A stretch of DNA of 64,000 bases. Source: an uncultured Nitrospiraceae bacterium. Lineage in GTDB: Bacteria; Nitrospirota; Nitrospiria; Nitrospirales; Nitrospiraceae. The notes beneath the pieces are model-generated. The model saw only the letters and a program-made list of their open reading frames with translations, was not told the origin of the DNA and made no database searches. The DNA lies in contig CAVSTP010000004.1 of the NCBI GenBank assembly GCA_963730935.1, positions 1,376,001 through 1,440,000 on the forward strand, read 5' to 3'. The translations under genes were made by a program, and so were the position numbers. Shown in pieces: positions 1-10,435 of this stretch (position 1 is its first letter; each line of letters begins with the position of its first letter).

Positions 1-845
1 AACAGGATACCGATGATGGTCGCAAAAATGGTCACGCCGCCCAGCGCCAGCGGATAGAGGATCGGCGCGCTCGCGCCTTTGAACATGGTGTAGGCCAGCA
101 CCATGGCGGCCACGGTGGTCACGGCATAGGTTTCAAATAAGTCCGCGGCCATGCCTGCGCAATCGCCGACGTTGTCGCCGACGTTGTCGGCAATGACGGC
201 GGGGTTACGAGGGTCGTCTTCAGGAATGCCGGCTTCGACTTTGCCCACGAGATCGGCGCCGACATCGGCCGCTTTCGTATAAATGCCGCCGCCGACGCGC
301 GCGAAGACCGAAATCAGGCTGCCTCCGAATCCCAGACTCAGCAACGCGTGAACGGCTTTCTCCTGCCCCGAGATCGATTGCGCGATCATATAGAATCCCG
401 TAATGGCGAGGAGTCCCAACCCGATCAATAACAGCCCCGTGACAGCACCGCCGCGGAAGGCGACCGTCAAGGCGGCATTCATCCCCTGATGCGCCGCCTG
501 CGCCGTACGCACGTTGGCGCGTACCGCGATGATCATGCCGACGTATCCGGCGAGCGCCGACGCGCTGGCACCCACGAGAAAACCCACAGCGGTCAGAATG
601 CCGAACTTATCGGAAAAGGTTCCGGCGCCGGCCAGCAGCACGAACAGCACTGCCGCCACGACCCCGACCGTCTTGTACTGCCGATTCATATAGGCACCGG
701 CGCCTTCTTGAATGGCCTTCGCAATTTCCTGCATTTTCGCGTTCCCGGCGTCCAATCTGAACACCCACATCGCAAGGTACAGACCGTAGGCGATGCCGGT
801 AACGGCGGCAATCAACGCAAACGTGACAATCGCCGAATCACTCAC
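1..845 (-). CDS. hppA: Membrane-bound H+/Na+-translocating pyrophosphatase, N-terminal part (continues beyond window start)
   Basis: Manual minus-strand translation from GTG at 845 (GAGGAGG upstream): [15 protein letters not shown]...[12 protein letters not shown]... with signature [44 protein letters not shown]. Confidence 0.95.
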   Translation of the reverse strand, partial: MSDSAIVTFALIAAVTGIAYGLYLAMWVFRLDAGNAKMQEIAKAIQEGAGAYMNRQYKTVGVVAAVLFVLLAGAGTFSDKFGILTAVGFLVGASASALAGYVGMIIAVRANVRTAQAAHQGMNAALTVAFRGGAVTGLLLIGLGLLAITGFYMIAQSISGQEKAVHALLSLGFGGSLISVFARVGGGIYTKAADVGADLVGKVEAGIPEDDPRNPAVIADNVGDNVGDCAGMAADLFETYAVTTVAAMVLAYTMFKGASAPILYPLALGGVTIFATIIGIL

Positions 846-1111
846 TGGATGCCCTCCTCAAGGTTAACTGCGACTTTTTTATGTCACACGGTTCCCGCTG
901 GCTTCACCGTCTACCGTTCATGAATCAAGGGGGGAACAGAAGGTGGTGCAGAATCAGCTGAGGCAACTCCACCGGAAAGCGGCGCCATTCTATACGCATG
1001 CCCACAAGGGATCAAGCGCAAAGGCATAGCCGCGAATCCATATCGGGCCTGACCTCTAAGGTGAATGCCCAGCTTGCCATTTGTGTTCAAATCGCTATAA
1101 TAGCGCCGCAG

Positions 1112-1537
1112 ATGACAGGCAAAACCCTAGTTCACACCTCTCGCCGACCCTTGCTTCACCTCTCAAGTTGGATGGTTTTCGGATTGGTCTCCCTGCTTCT
1201 CACGACGGCACCGGCTGCGGCGGAGCTGCTCGAGGTGGCGGACGTGATCGCTCGTCCGCAACACTACGATCGAAAAGAAGTGGTGGTCATGGGACAGGTC
1301 AGCGGGGTCCAGGCGATAACAGACAAACAGGGTCAGGCGGCGTTTCAGTTCCTGCTCAAGGACAACGCCGGGACACTGAAAGTGACCAGCCGCGTGCCAG
1401 TGCTGGATGGTGATCAGGTCATCGTCGAAGGTACCTTTACCCGTCGACGCCAAGGCGGCCGCATTGCCGTGTTCAACGAAGTGAGTGCCGTTCTCGTCCG
1501 CCCGCTCAACCGGTTCGATGCCGACCTCGTAGGATAG
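1112..1537 (+). CDS. Exported OB-fold protein (paralogue of 19342-19725)
   Basis: Signal-like N-terminus, then V.V.G.V...F.L.D..G....V.VEG.F pattern; start uncertain. Confidence 0.6.
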   Translation: MTGKTLVHTSRRPLLHLSSWMVFGLVSLLLTTAPAAAELLEVADVIARPQHYDRKEVVVMGQVSGVQAITDKQGQAAFQFLLKDNAGTLKVTSRVPVLDGDQVIVEGTFTRRRQGGRIAVFNEVSAVLVRPLNRFDADLVG

Positions 1538-1663
1538 CTGCTCCGGTTTCCTAGGCCCTTTCCTAGTATTCAGTCCTCCCCACCCATATGAGAGTGAATA
1601 GAGGGAGTTGTCGTGTGCCCAGCTGGGCCCGCCCCCTATGAAACTCACAACAAGGAGGATTCC

Positions 1664-1975
1664 ATGAAATCAGTCATGATGTCATTTCTCGCTGCTGGAC
1701 TTTTGTGCTTCGGATTCGGGGCTGCACAGGCTGCGAATCCGATGTCGGAGAAGGAAGCTTCGCCCACCATCAAAGAGCGCGTCACGAAAGACACCGTCAA
1801 GGGCACCTTGATGAAAACGGAAGGTGAGTACTATTGGATCAAGGACGACGACGGGAAAGAAGTGAAGATCCATGTCGACAAGAGCACCAAGATGGACAAG
1901 GTAGTTGTTGGAGACATGGTCAAGGCCTACATTACGGACAAGGGCCACACCACCACGCTACAACGCGCGGACTAG
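1664..1975 (+). CDS. Small exported beta-barrel-like hypothetical protein
   Basis: AAGGAGG RBS, signal peptide ending AQA-A. Confidence 0.75.
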   Translation: MKSVMMSFLAAGLLCFGFGAAQAANPMSEKEASPTIKERVTKDTVKGTLMKTEGEYYWIKDDDGKEVKIHVDKSTKMDKVVVGDMVKAYITDKGHTTTLQRAD

Positions 1976-1989
1976 TGCTCAGAGACCTT

Positions 1990-2019
1990 GCAGACGCCGG
2001 TGACACCGCCGGCGTCTGC
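1990..2019 (+). terminator. GC-rich hairpin after the 1664-1975 gene
   Basis: GCAGACGCCGG-N8-CCGGCGTCTGC; no clear U-tract. Confidence 0.45.
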
Positions 2020-2063
2020 TGGTTGTCTACCAGACAGCTGTCTGGTCGGAAGGGGGTGTGTGT

Positions 2064-2246
2064 ATGGCACGCTACGGCAAGGGTGCCCAGAAATCCGTCA
2101 AGCGGGCAATGCATAAGCGGAAAAAGGGCACGCTGACCAGCGGCAAAAGCCGCAAGCGGGTCAAGAATCGCAAGCAGGCGATCGCGATCGGCTTGTCGGA
2201 GGCCCGGCGCAAGGGCGCCAAGGTCCCGAGAAAGAAAGCCGCCTAG
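2064..2246 (+). CDS. Small basic protein, DUF6496-like
   Basis: KQAIAIGLSEARRKGAKVP motif. Confidence 0.8.
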   Translation: MARYGKGAQKSVKRAMHKRKKGTLTSGKSRKRVKNRKQAIAIGLSEARRKGAKVPRKKAA

Positions 2247-2380
2247 CCATCCGGCTTGGCCCCGGTTCTTCAGTGGCCATCCTGACCTCATTTCAAGGGT
2301 GGCCACTGCTCCTGTCAACATCCTCATTTCTCCTCTCGCACTAACGGCCTGAGATATTCATTGCGCAGGCAGGAGGACCT

Positions 2381-2755
2381 ATGCGGAAGCCGCACACGAC
2401 ATTGACCGATGCCTTTCACAATTTTGCGAAGCAGCTGGCTGCTGACGTCGGCTCGCCGTGGGTATTTCTCGCGGCGCTCTTGGTTGTCGTGGTCTGGTCG
2501 GCGACAGGTCCGTTGTTCAGGTACTCCGACACGTGGCAGCTGGTCATCAACACCGGGACGACCATTGTGACCTTTCTCATGGTGTTTCTGATCCAGAACA
2601 CCCAGAACCGCGACGCCAAGGCCATCCATCTCAAACTCGACGAATTGATCCGCAGCGTCAAAGGCGCGCGGAACACACTGATCGATCTCGAGGAACTGTC
2701 GGAAGAAGAACTCGACGACCTGCAGCGCCAATTCGTGAAACTTCGACGCCGTTGA
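2381..2755 (+). CDS. Low-affinity iron permease family protein
   Basis: SDTWQLVINTGTTIVTFLMVFLIQNTQNRD...KLDELI signature; GGAGG RBS. Confidence 0.9.
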   Translation: MRKPHTTLTDAFHNFAKQLAADVGSPWVFLAALLVVVVWSATGPLFRYSDTWQLVINTGTTIVTFLMVFLIQNTQNRDAKAIHLKLDELIRSVKGARNTLIDLEELSEEELDDLQRQFVKLRRR

Positions 2756-2841
2756 GAGAAGCTGAGGAGTCAGGGTCCTCCCCAGTTCAGGGGTTTACTG
2801 GAGTGTTGTACAAGCGGAATATCGATCGAAAGGAGCGCTTC

Positions 2842-3231
2842 ATGCCGAACACCAATGCCTCGTTTTCACCAAAGATGCGCAGTGATGAATTGAAGCAGCA
2901 GATCGGCAAGCTCGAACAGCTGGATCATCGGACGCCGGTCCTGCCGACCCTCGATGGATTCGATGCCGAAACCGAAGCGTTGCTCGGGCGGCTGTATGGC
3001 ACGGGTCATAAATATGTCGAAACATACAAGTACGCCACGGTCGCTGAAGCCGAAGCGCTGGTCAATCTGCCGGAATCGGCCCAGGAGCCCCTGGCCAAGG
3101 ACCTCCCGAAAACTGCCGTCCAGCAGCGTCGGCAAGTGCTGCTCAGTATCCTCACGGAAATGCAGGACATGGAAGGCCGTGAAGTGTCCATGCTGACGGG
3201 GGAAGACCACGAAGATCCCCCTCAGGTCTAG
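2842..3231 (+). CDS. Hypothetical protein
   Basis: AAGGAG RBS before ATG 2842; globular acidic ORF. Confidence 0.65.
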   Translation: MPNTNASFSPKMRSDELKQQIGKLEQLDHRTPVLPTLDGFDAETEALLGRLYGTGHKYVETYKYATVAEAEALVNLPESAQEPLAKDLPKTAVQQRRQVLLSILTEMQDMEGREVSMLTGEDHEDPPQV

Positions 3232-3346
3232 TCCCCGCCTAGGATTCTCTTCCCTCTATCTAGTCGCCTCTTGACGGCGTACGCGGGATGATTATTTCTA
3301 ACAAGGCGTTCATGAAGATTTTGTACCACGCTCGGGGAGCGTCAAC

Positions 3347-3565
3347 ATGAACAACGTACGTAAAGAAATCCGCGATCTCATTAGCATCAACGAAAAAATT
3401 CAAAGCGCGTTGCTGCACGGTGATCGCATCACCGACGACGAGGCCGTGCTCATCCGCCAATGCGCGAGCGAGCTGCTGGAGAAAATCCCGGCGCCGTCTA
3501 AGACCTGGACACGAGTGGCCCCGACGATCGATGCTCACGACCGACCCGATGGGCATGAGAGATAA
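3347..3565 (+). CDS. Small helical hypothetical protein (similar to 54320-54508)
   Basis: GGGGAG RBS; ITDDEAVLIRQCASELL resembles LTEDERLLIKHYCNEVL. Confidence 0.6.
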   Translation: MNNVRKEIRDLISINEKIQSALLHGDRITDDEAVLIRQCASELLEKIPAPSKTWTRVAPTIDAHDRPDGHER

Positions 3566-3863
3566 AGGAACGGGATGAAAGACTCTGCGCCGACCGCGAG
3601 GTCACAGCGAGCCGTCCCAGCTCTCACAGACCTTCGAGCGACAAAAAACGCGACTCCTGTACAAACACCGCACGCCAAGTGCTGAGTGAGCCCAGCCGTT
3701 TGAGGGCCATCGCTACAGGGTGTTCTTCCAAAAACCTGCACGATTCTCCCAAGATCTTCGCGGTCAATCTCGGCACGAGTGCACACCCGGCCATACATGA
3801 CACAATGGCATCTCACTTGCTTACCAAAGAGTTGAATAACTCACTGTGTGGCAAGGAGGCAGC

Positions 3864-4424
3864 ATGAACAAGCCAGCGGAACTCATACTTTTGGGCGCTT
3901 TGGGTCTGGGATGCTTGCTGCCGCAAGGCTGCGCCACCCAATCCGGCTCGGTCGGCGGAGACGAGTACGCCGAGGAGCAGATTGACGAACCCGTGATCAA
4001 GCACATTCTTCCTCCGGAATACAGCATCAACGCTTCTCGACCGCGTCCCTCGAGGGCGGAACTATCGGCGCTGAATGCAACCGGACTTCCTGCAGGCGCC
4101 CTCTCGGATGTGTTGTTTGATTTTGACGAGGCCGTACTACGGCGGGACGCGCTGCCCCTGTTGGAAACCAACGCAAAGCGGCTCATGGATGACGGCGTCT
4201 CTCGCCTCACGCTCGAGGGTCGGGGCGATGAAATCGGTACCTCCGCCTACAACCTTGTCCTGGGGGAGCGCCGTGCAAAGAGCGTCAAGTCGTATCTGCA
4301 GGAACTCGGGCTATCGGTTCAACTCAGAACCACGAGTTACGGCAAGGATCGACCCCTCTGCTTCAAGCACAGTGAGGCCTGCATGCAGAAAAACCGCAGT
4401 GTGCACTTCGTCGTGAAGGAATAG
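3864..4424 (+). CDS. OmpA/Pal-family peptidoglycan-associated lipoprotein
   Basis: Lipobox-like QGC; VLFDFD, YNLVLGERRA, SYGKDRP, NR motifs; AAGGAGG RBS. Confidence 0.88.
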   Translation: MNKPAELILLGALGLGCLLPQGCATQSGSVGGDEYAEEQIDEPVIKHILPPEYSINASRPRPSRAELSALNATGLPAGALSDVLFDFDEAVLRRDALPLLETNAKRLMDDGVSRLTLEGRGDEIGTSAYNLVLGERRAKSVKSYLQELGLSVQLRTTSYGKDRPLCFKHSEACMQKNRSVHFVVKE

Positions 4425-4462
4425 TTCCCTCAATCCCCACGTTCAGGGTTGTCTAGCCCATA

Positions 4463-4496
4463 AAGCCCGCTTCCTTTTTTCGGGAAGCGGACTTTT
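4463..4496. terminator. Bidirectional intrinsic terminator
   Basis: AAAGCCCGCTTCC-TTTTTTCG-GGAAGCGGACTTTT. Confidence 0.7.
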
Positions 4497-4794
4497 GCAT
4501 TTGGATCAGGCATTTCCCGATCTTCCTCAGCCGCTGTTATCCTAATTGAGACGACTGGGGAGATGCCCCAGATTTTCCGTCGTCGGTTGCCGCTTTTCTA
4601 ATCCAGGAACATCTCGAGCGGTTCCGCTCAGAAATACATGTAATATCAGCTCCAAATGATAGCACTTGTGACGATTGGATGGTCGGAATCCCACCGGACA
4701 CATCTAGGGGAGTTCCTAGTACGCTGATCCAATGAGCCATCCTATGATCCCCATCGATAGCATCACTGTGATCGCTCCACACCGGGAGGGTGCC

Positions 4795-4983
4795 ATGACC
4801 CGTCAATGTGCGTGGTGTGCAACGTACCTCGACTTCGTTTCATCCGAAACCTGCGTGACCCATGGGATCTGCGAGAGTTGCGTGGAACGGATTCGCCACG
4901 CCACACTTGAAGAGCTTGCACCTCCACCTGAAAAAATTCTCGTCGGCGATGGCCACCTGGCGCCTTCGCTGATGAGGACCTGA
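4795..4983 (+). CDS. Small putative Zn-binding protein (CAWC...THGICxxC)
   Basis: GGGAGG RBS; two CxxC motifs. Confidence 0.6.
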   Translation: MTRQCAWCATYLDFVSSETCVTHGICESCVERIRHATLEELAPPPEKILVGDGHLAPSLMRT

Positions 4984-5005
4984 TATCGCGACCGGTCCGA
5001 GAGCC

Positions 5006-5644
5006 TCACTGACGTTCCCGGCTGAGCAGTTCGCGTTGAAAGTCTTCCAACTGTTTGGTCAGTCGGTCCAATTCATTGCGCGTCTCCTCCAGCCGGTGTT
5101 CCGCTGAAAGCACTTTCCCCTCCTCGAACTGACCGAATTGTTCCTGCAAGCGCCGACTTTCCACGACGAGAACGTTGGTCAGATGACGGCCCAGCTCCTG
5201 ATCCGTCAGTGGCAAGACGTCCCGACTCTTGATGGCCATTTCGGCTTTAAGAACTCTGACGGTGCGGCCTAGATCCTGCGTCCGCTCGAACAGTTCCTGC
5301 CTCAACTGATCCGTTAGAAGCGACAGTCGGCGTGCCAACAGCTTGTACGCCACAATGAGCCCGGCGATTGCCAGGAAGGTCACTGTTCCAAAGAGCCGGT
5401 TGGTCAAGGCAATGGGTGGAGGCACCAACGGCGGAGAGAGTGCATACCCGACGAACATGAGGGCAATGCACACTGCGGCAACCATCAGCGGGGAATAGAC
5501 AGACGCGATCCAATAGGTAAGTCCAAGGGGGATGACATAGAGCAGCCAAGGAGTGAAACCCAGACCGGTGCGGACGTCGATGAAGAAGACCGCGGCAAGA
5601 AGCACCGCGATGGCGACTGAAACGCCCAATTGTTGAAATTTCAT
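5006..5644 (-). CDS. Membrane protein with several TM helices and a coiled-coil tail (sensor-kinase-like input domain, no kinase domain)
   Basis: Hydrophobic N-terminal half, helical charged C-terminal half. Confidence 0.65.
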   Translation of the reverse strand: MKFQQLGVSVAIAVLLAAVFFIDVRTGLGFTPWLLYVIPLGLTYWIASVYSPLMVAAVCIALMFVGYALSPPLVPPPIALTNRLFGTVTFLAIAGLIVAYKLLARRLSLLTDQLRQELFERTQDLGRTVRVLKAEMAIKSRDVLPLTDQELGRHLTNVLVVESRRLQEQFGQFEEGKVLSAEHRLEETRNELDRLTKQLEDFQRELLSRERQ

Positions 5645-5833
5645 TTACGGGGACTCGAGCGACAGACAGAGGTCAAGCGCCTCCTGTAAGAGCGCCTGAC
5701 GTGTGATCGCCAGATTGCACGTCGGACAGGTCAAAAATCCTCCATTCGGAACCAGCGCTGAATCCTTGCAGTGCGGACAGGCCGGCGTCCCGAGCACGCA
5801 TGATGGACGTGTGATGGTCGGCAAAATATCCAT
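5645..5833 (-). CDS. Small zinc-ribbon protein
   Basis: CPHC...CPTC; abuts the downstream gene. Confidence 0.55.
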   Translation of the reverse strand: MDILPTITRPSCVLGTPACPHCKDSALVPNGGFLTCPTCNLAITRQALLQEALDLCLSLESP

Positions 5834-5979
5834 AGAAGCCGCCTTTCAGCTAGGTGAACTGCTGGTGACGTCGTCCGAAGAAACGAGAAACGATGCAGGA
5901 TGAATGAGGAATGAGAACTGAGGAAAAATTTTCGGCTATTCTACAGACTTGGAAAAATTTGTAAAGGGCGGGCGGTGAA

Positions 5980-6245
5980 AGGATGGTGGGCCTGTTGCTC
6001 CGACGACGGGTAAAGCCGCACGCCCTGTCGTTGCTTGGCTCCGCAACTTGTTCCGTCCATGGTCTTCGTCCGAACGGAACTTCAACAATGCTCGCCATCG
6101 CCGCCTGGGAAAAGGGAGCGTCTTGGCGCCGCCCAGGGTTGGGCGGGTGAGAATGCAACCCCAGCGACAGGGCCATGCGACCCGTCGCAAGTCGCTTCCA
6201 GCCCCACCATCCTCCCACTCATGGGGAACAAGCAGAGAGACCGGT
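5980..6245 (+). repeat. Dispersed modular palindromic repeat, copy 1
   Basis: Shares TTGGCTCCGCAACTTG.TCCGTCC...TTCGTCCGAACGGA.CTTC...CTCGCCATCGCCGCCTGGGAAAAGGG...GGGTGAGAATG with copies at 17.4, 18.3, 31.5 and 34.1 kb. Confidence 0.9.
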
Positions 6246-6356
6246 CCCACGATGTGCCATGCACTATCGCTTCCAATCCGCTATCCTCACTCTAATGGCT
6301 GGTACCCAGCGGGAAATTGAGCATGCAGGGATCAGATGTAGAAATTGAGGAAATTA

Positions 6357-6389
6357 AAAGAGCCCGCCTCCCTTTCGGAAAGCGGGCTC
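6357..6389 (-). terminator. Intrinsic terminator (minus strand)
   Basis: Minus strand GAGCCCGCTTTCC-GAAA-GGGAGGCGGGCTC-TTTT. Confidence 0.75.
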
Positions 6390-6511
6390 CTCTCTTGGAT
6401 TTTGGCAATGTTTCCATTGCCGTTTTCTAAGATGACCTCATCGTATCAAACAACTCAAAAAGGGGGCCTGGGAAAATGACCAGAACGTCCTCGAAAAACC
6501 TCCAGCAGCCC

Positions 6512-7261
6512 TTACTCTTGGCCGATCTCATAGACCAGGGTCACCGTCGCCTCGACCTTGATTTCGCCGGAGAAGACCGGCGCCTCGCCACCGCCGCCTT
6601 CCATAGCCATCATTGACCGGGTCATCCTGGGCACGGGGTGCACAACGTGGCTTTCCTCGGTCGCGTTGAGCAGACGAATCAGCCTCACCTTCAAGGCCTC
6701 ACTGAGCGCCGACGCCTTCTCGCGGGCTTTTGCCGCCGCCTGTTTGAGAACCCCGAGCTTCGCCTGCTGCTCGTCACGAAGCGCCCAATGCAGGCCCTGG
6801 AACTGATTCGCACCCGCGGCGAGCGATTCTTCGATCGCCGGACCGACCTTGTCCAGATTGCGTAGTTCGACCGCTATGGTATTGCTGATGATGTAGCCGA
6901 TGATCTCCGGCGGCTCGGCCAGGCCTTCGGAGCGTTTGCGCGGCGGCCTGTATTGAGGTGAAACCGCAAATGACGCGGTCTGGATACGTTCATTCTCGAT
7001 CTGCAAGGCACGTAGGCGCTCCACGACCTTGTTCATTACTAGTCGGTTTTGCCGCTGAGCTTCCCCGACGGTCTTGCCCGTCGTCTCCATCCCCAGGGTC
7101 ACGAATGCGGTATCAGGCGCGAGCGAGATCTGAGCGTGGCCCGTGACCGTGATCGCCGACCTTTCTGGAACATCCTCGTGTGCCAGCGCCGCCCACGGCA
7201 CGACCAGCCACGTCATGAGCAACAAGACTATCATGATGGACCTCCCCTTCTGCGCTGCCAT
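6512..7261 (-). CDS. SIMPL (DUF541) domain periplasmic protein
   Basis: ITVTGHAQISLAPD, IQTASFAVSPQY, AREKA..L...L, GEIKVEATVTLVY. Confidence 0.92.
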   Translation of the reverse strand: MAAQKGRSIMIVLLLMTWLVVPWAALAHEDVPERSAITVTGHAQISLAPDTAFVTLGMETTGKTVGEAQRQNRLVMNKVVERLRALQIENERIQTASFAVSPQYRPPRKRSEGLAEPPEIIGYIISNTIAVELRNLDKVGPAIEESLAAGANQFQGLHWALRDEQQAKLGVLKQAAAKAREKASALSEALKVRLIRLLNATEESHVVHPVPRMTRSMMAMEGGGGEAPVFSGEIKVEATVTLVYEIGQE

Positions 7262-7271
7262 GAAACCTCGT

Positions 7272-7769
7272 TTAACACTTCATGCGCGTCCATCGCCGGC
7301 TCAAAACCAGCATGGTCACGCCCGTGATGCCGCCGAAGAGCCAGGTTAAGAGCCGGAAAGGAAACCAGAAGAAGGCGATCGCGGCCTCGATCGTTGGAAA
7401 TCGCAGGCCTTCAACCATGTATTGAAGACCATCGCTTTGAAAGATGGGATATAGCACCATGGCAACCAGTCCGGCAACGTACCCGGCAAGAACCGAGTAC
7501 ATGATGGTCGAGAGGATGGGAAGCTGCCCGTGATGGCGACGGCTCGTCCACCAGAGCAGCAAGAGCGCCAGCGTTGTGACAAAGACGAAGAGATAAGGCA
7601 GAAAGTACGCGCCCCGCATCCAAAAGCGAATCCAGCGAACCATGAATGTCACAAGGGCGATGCCATAGGCCAGGAGGAGACTCGTCGCCACTAGTAAAAG
7701 GCGTTTCCCCGGTCCCAGCCGAAAGAGAATGGTCTCGGAAGCGTGACGTCTGTGTGACTCATGGCTCAT
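7272..7769 (-). CDS. Hypothetical integral membrane protein
   Basis: About four hydrophobic segments; start set at MSHES. Confidence 0.6.
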   Translation of the reverse strand: MSHESHRRHASETILFRLGPGKRLLLVATSLLLAYGIALVTFMVRWIRFWMRGAYFLPYLFVFVTTLALLLLWWTSRRHHGQLPILSTIMYSVLAGYVAGLVAMVLYPIFQSDGLQYMVEGLRFPTIEAAIAFFWFPFRLLTWLFGGITGVTMLVLSRRWTRMKC

Positions 7770-7856
7770 CAGCAACCTACTGTATAAGGAGGATGCAGAG
7801 AGGTTGCAATGTCGCTGAGCATGTTCCTGACGCCGGCCGTCAGAGTACAATGTCGC

Positions 7857-8768
7857 ATGGCATTGTCTTCCTTGGTGCGATTTGGCACCTCCACCTGGAC
7901 GTACGAAGGTTGGAAGGGAGAGGTCTATAAACAGACCTATCCGAAAGGCCGGTTCAAGCAGGACTGCCTCGCGGAATACGCACGCTACGAGCACGAAGGG
8001 GCACCGCTCTTTCGCACGGTCGGCTTCGACTTCAGCTTCTACGGTCCCCCAAGTACGAAACAGCTCGAGCATTATGCGTCATTGCTTCCGGAAGGATTTG
8101 AAGCCTGCGCCAAGGTGTGGGAAGAAATCACGATTCCTGTGTTTCCTCCCGGGCTCCGCTATCGCAGCAAGGCGGGACCAAATCCGCACTTTTTGGACGC
8201 GGACTACTTTCTCGAGCAGGTGCTGCCGCCCTTCGAGCAGGCATTTGGACCCTATACGGGACCTTTCATCTTCGAATTTCAACGGACGGGGCTCGAGCCG
8301 GCGACGTTTCTGCCTAAGCTCGAGGCGTTCCTTGCCCGCCTGCCGACGAAATTCAAGTATGCCATCGAGGTCAGAAATCCCGCCGTCCTCGGCTCCGAGT
8401 ATCGCCGCGTGCTCGAAGCGCACGGCGTGAGTCACGTTTACAACCATCTCTACGGAATGCCAACGATCGCCCAGCAGCACGAAAAGCTTGAGCGGCAGTT
8501 CACGGCCTCCTTCATCCTCCTGCGCCTGCTCACGCCCCGCGACAAGAAGTATCACGAGGCCGTGAAGGCTTATGAGCCATACGACAAACTGGTCCGACCA
8601 CTCCCCGAGATGCGTGAAGCTGCGGTCCGGCTCGTGACGCAGGCGGTGGAAGAACGCCGGCGCGCATATGCTCTCGTGAACAATCGCAGCGAAGGCCACG
8701 CGCCCGGCACGGTGAAAGCCATTCACGACATGTTAGTGCACCACGAGACCGTCCCTGACGCCATGTGA
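7857..8768 (+). CDS. DUF72 family protein
   Basis: RFGTSTWTYEGWKG.VY, SFYGPP, YAIEVRN, NNRSEGHAP. Confidence 0.92.
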   Translation: MALSSLVRFGTSTWTYEGWKGEVYKQTYPKGRFKQDCLAEYARYEHEGAPLFRTVGFDFSFYGPPSTKQLEHYASLLPEGFEACAKVWEEITIPVFPPGLRYRSKAGPNPHFLDADYFLEQVLPPFEQAFGPYTGPFIFEFQRTGLEPATFLPKLEAFLARLPTKFKYAIEVRNPAVLGSEYRRVLEAHGVSHVYNHLYGMPTIAQQHEKLERQFTASFILLRLLTPRDKKYHEAVKAYEPYDKLVRPLPEMREAAVRLVTQAVEERRRAYALVNNRSEGHAPGTVKAIHDMLVHHETVPDAM

Positions 8769-9018
8769 GCAGATTGCACTGGGGAATTCCCGGGCGCCAG
8801 ACATCTTGTTCCAGGCCAAGGGACAATCGCTTCTTCCGCCGGCACTACTCACCATCCATCGCGTACTTAGAATAGGCACCTCGTTTGCACGATCTCCTGT
8901 TGAGGTTACCGCACCTTTGTCATCCGACCAAGAGGCCGCACCATGGCGGGTGCCTCACTCCTCGTTGGGATCCACGCCTCGATTGCCGAGGCAAACAGCA
9001 TACAAGGAGATACGCACG

Positions 9019-9237
9019 ATGGAAGAGTTCATCGAAACAGTCTTTGACAATCGATTTTTCCAACTGCCTTTCTTGGAAGCTTTGCCTTATGTCGCCGGGG
9101 TCTTGTTAGTCGGCGCGATCATCGTAGGCCTTACGCGACGCGCGCTGGGCATCGCCTCGCCGCCGCCAGTCGCGACGACGTACGAAGAACGGCCATCGTA
9201 TGAAGAAGAGTGGAGGGAATGGAAAAAAGCAGCGTAG
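9019..9237 (+). CDS. Small single-TM protein ending ...WKKAA
   Basis: AAGGAG RBS; one hydrophobic helix. Confidence 0.65.
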   Translation: MEEFIETVFDNRFFQLPFLEALPYVAGVLLVGAIIVGLTRRALGIASPPPVATTYEERPSYEEEWREWKKAA

Positions 9238-9274
9238 TGGGATGGTGCGCCCTCGCTCCGGCGAAGGGCGCTGC

Positions 9275-10435
9275 TTAAAATGCGAAGAAGGGGCCGGTGC
9301 CGAGGCTGCTCGACTGCCCTTCGATGCCGACGAACACGGTGCGGCCGAGAAAGAATGGCAGTCCCCAATCGAATGTCGAGAAATCCCCACCCAGGTTGTT
9401 GAAGGCGGAGTTCCGCGTGTTCACGAGGCCTTGCGTATTGCCCACCTGAAAAGACACAACCGCCTGGCCGCCGCTCGCGCCGGAGAGGGTTGCCGAAAGA
9501 TTGACAGGGTTGGGTGGACAATAAAAAGGGTCCAAGGGCATCGCACAGTCGGCGAAACTTGTATCGGGGAAAAATAACGCATTGGAGCCAGAATCGATAA
9601 TGCTTTGCGCAAAGGTGCTTCCCTTGTAGACGGTCGTGACAAACCCATGCGCATTGGTCCGCAGGACGGCAGACGGCGGCGTGCTGCTCGCCGCCGGATC
9701 GATGCCGAGGATCAGCGAGCCTGTGACCGATGCAGCGCCGGAGGCAGGAACGTTGGGCAATGTGATCACCACGCCGTTATTCCCGGAGGGCAGCAGCCAC
9801 ACTGGATTTTGCACCTGATCGACCACTGAGACCACGGCACCGGCACAGGAGCCGGCCTGGCAAGAAAAATATAAGGTATTATTGCTGTTCACCGCACATA
9901 CCGATCCGCAATCCTGCCGAAAGAGGCCGATGCCGAGAATTCCGTTCAGGTTGGCGTCGACCGGATCGCTGTCCACCGTATCATTGCAGGGATTGCTCGA
10001 GACCGACTGTCCTCCGAAGGTCGGGGTAATCACTTGGATGGGGACACGAACGGCAGGCGCCCCGCCAAGCACCACATCGGCGATTTGCACCGGACCCCAG
10101 CTCGTACTACCGTCCGCAAAGAAGGCACACTCTCCAAGCGCGCGACCTTGGGCATCCACCGTTTGCGTGAGTGGCATCGACAACCGGGAACCAAACACGC
10201 GCAGACCGACGGATCCGACGTCCACAAGCACGTCTGATATCGTTTGACAGTTGCTCGTACCGGGTTGGCAGATCGTGACGGAGGCACATAGCTCGTTGAT
10301 CGTCACGCACACATCGGACGTACCGACCGAGATCGGTAGCGAGCCAGCGCTCGGGGTGGAACCTTTCTTGTCATCGCCGCTGCCGCATCCGGCAAGTAGG
10401 CATAGGGAGACCACGGCCACGCCCATCCGTTTCAT
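9275..10435 (-). CDS. DUF3443 family lipoprotein
   Basis: Lipobox LAGC; SVTICQPGTSNCQTI, VDVGSVGLR, IDSGSN, FDWGLPFFLGRTVF. Confidence 0.9.
   Translation of the reverse strand: MKRMGVAVVSLCLLAGCGSGDDKKGSTPSAGSLPISVGTSDVCVTINELCASVTICQPGTSNCQTISDVLVDVGSVGLRVFGSRLSMPLTQTVDAQGRALGECAFFADGSTSWGPVQIADVVLGGAPAVRVPIQVITPTFGGQSVSSNPCNDTVDSDPVDANLNGILGIGLFRQDCGSVCAVNSNNTLYFSCQAGSCAGAVVSVVDQVQNPVWLLPSGNNGVVITLPNVPASGAASVTGSLILGIDPAASSTPPSAVLRTNAHGFVTTVYKGSTFAQSIIDSGSNALFFPDTSFADCAMPLDPFYCPPNPVNLSATLSGASGGQAVVSFQVGNTQGLVNTRNSAFNNLGGDFSTFDWGLPFFLGRTVFVGIEGQSSSLGTGPFFAF

Noticed and set aside
489..923. 144-aa plus-strand ORF
   Set aside because: Antisense to hppA
5850..6320. Overlapping ORFs here, and similar ones at 17356-17900, 18144-18512, 31400-31720 and 33981-34256
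   Set aside because: They are translations of the non-coding repeat in various frames and are not frame-conserved
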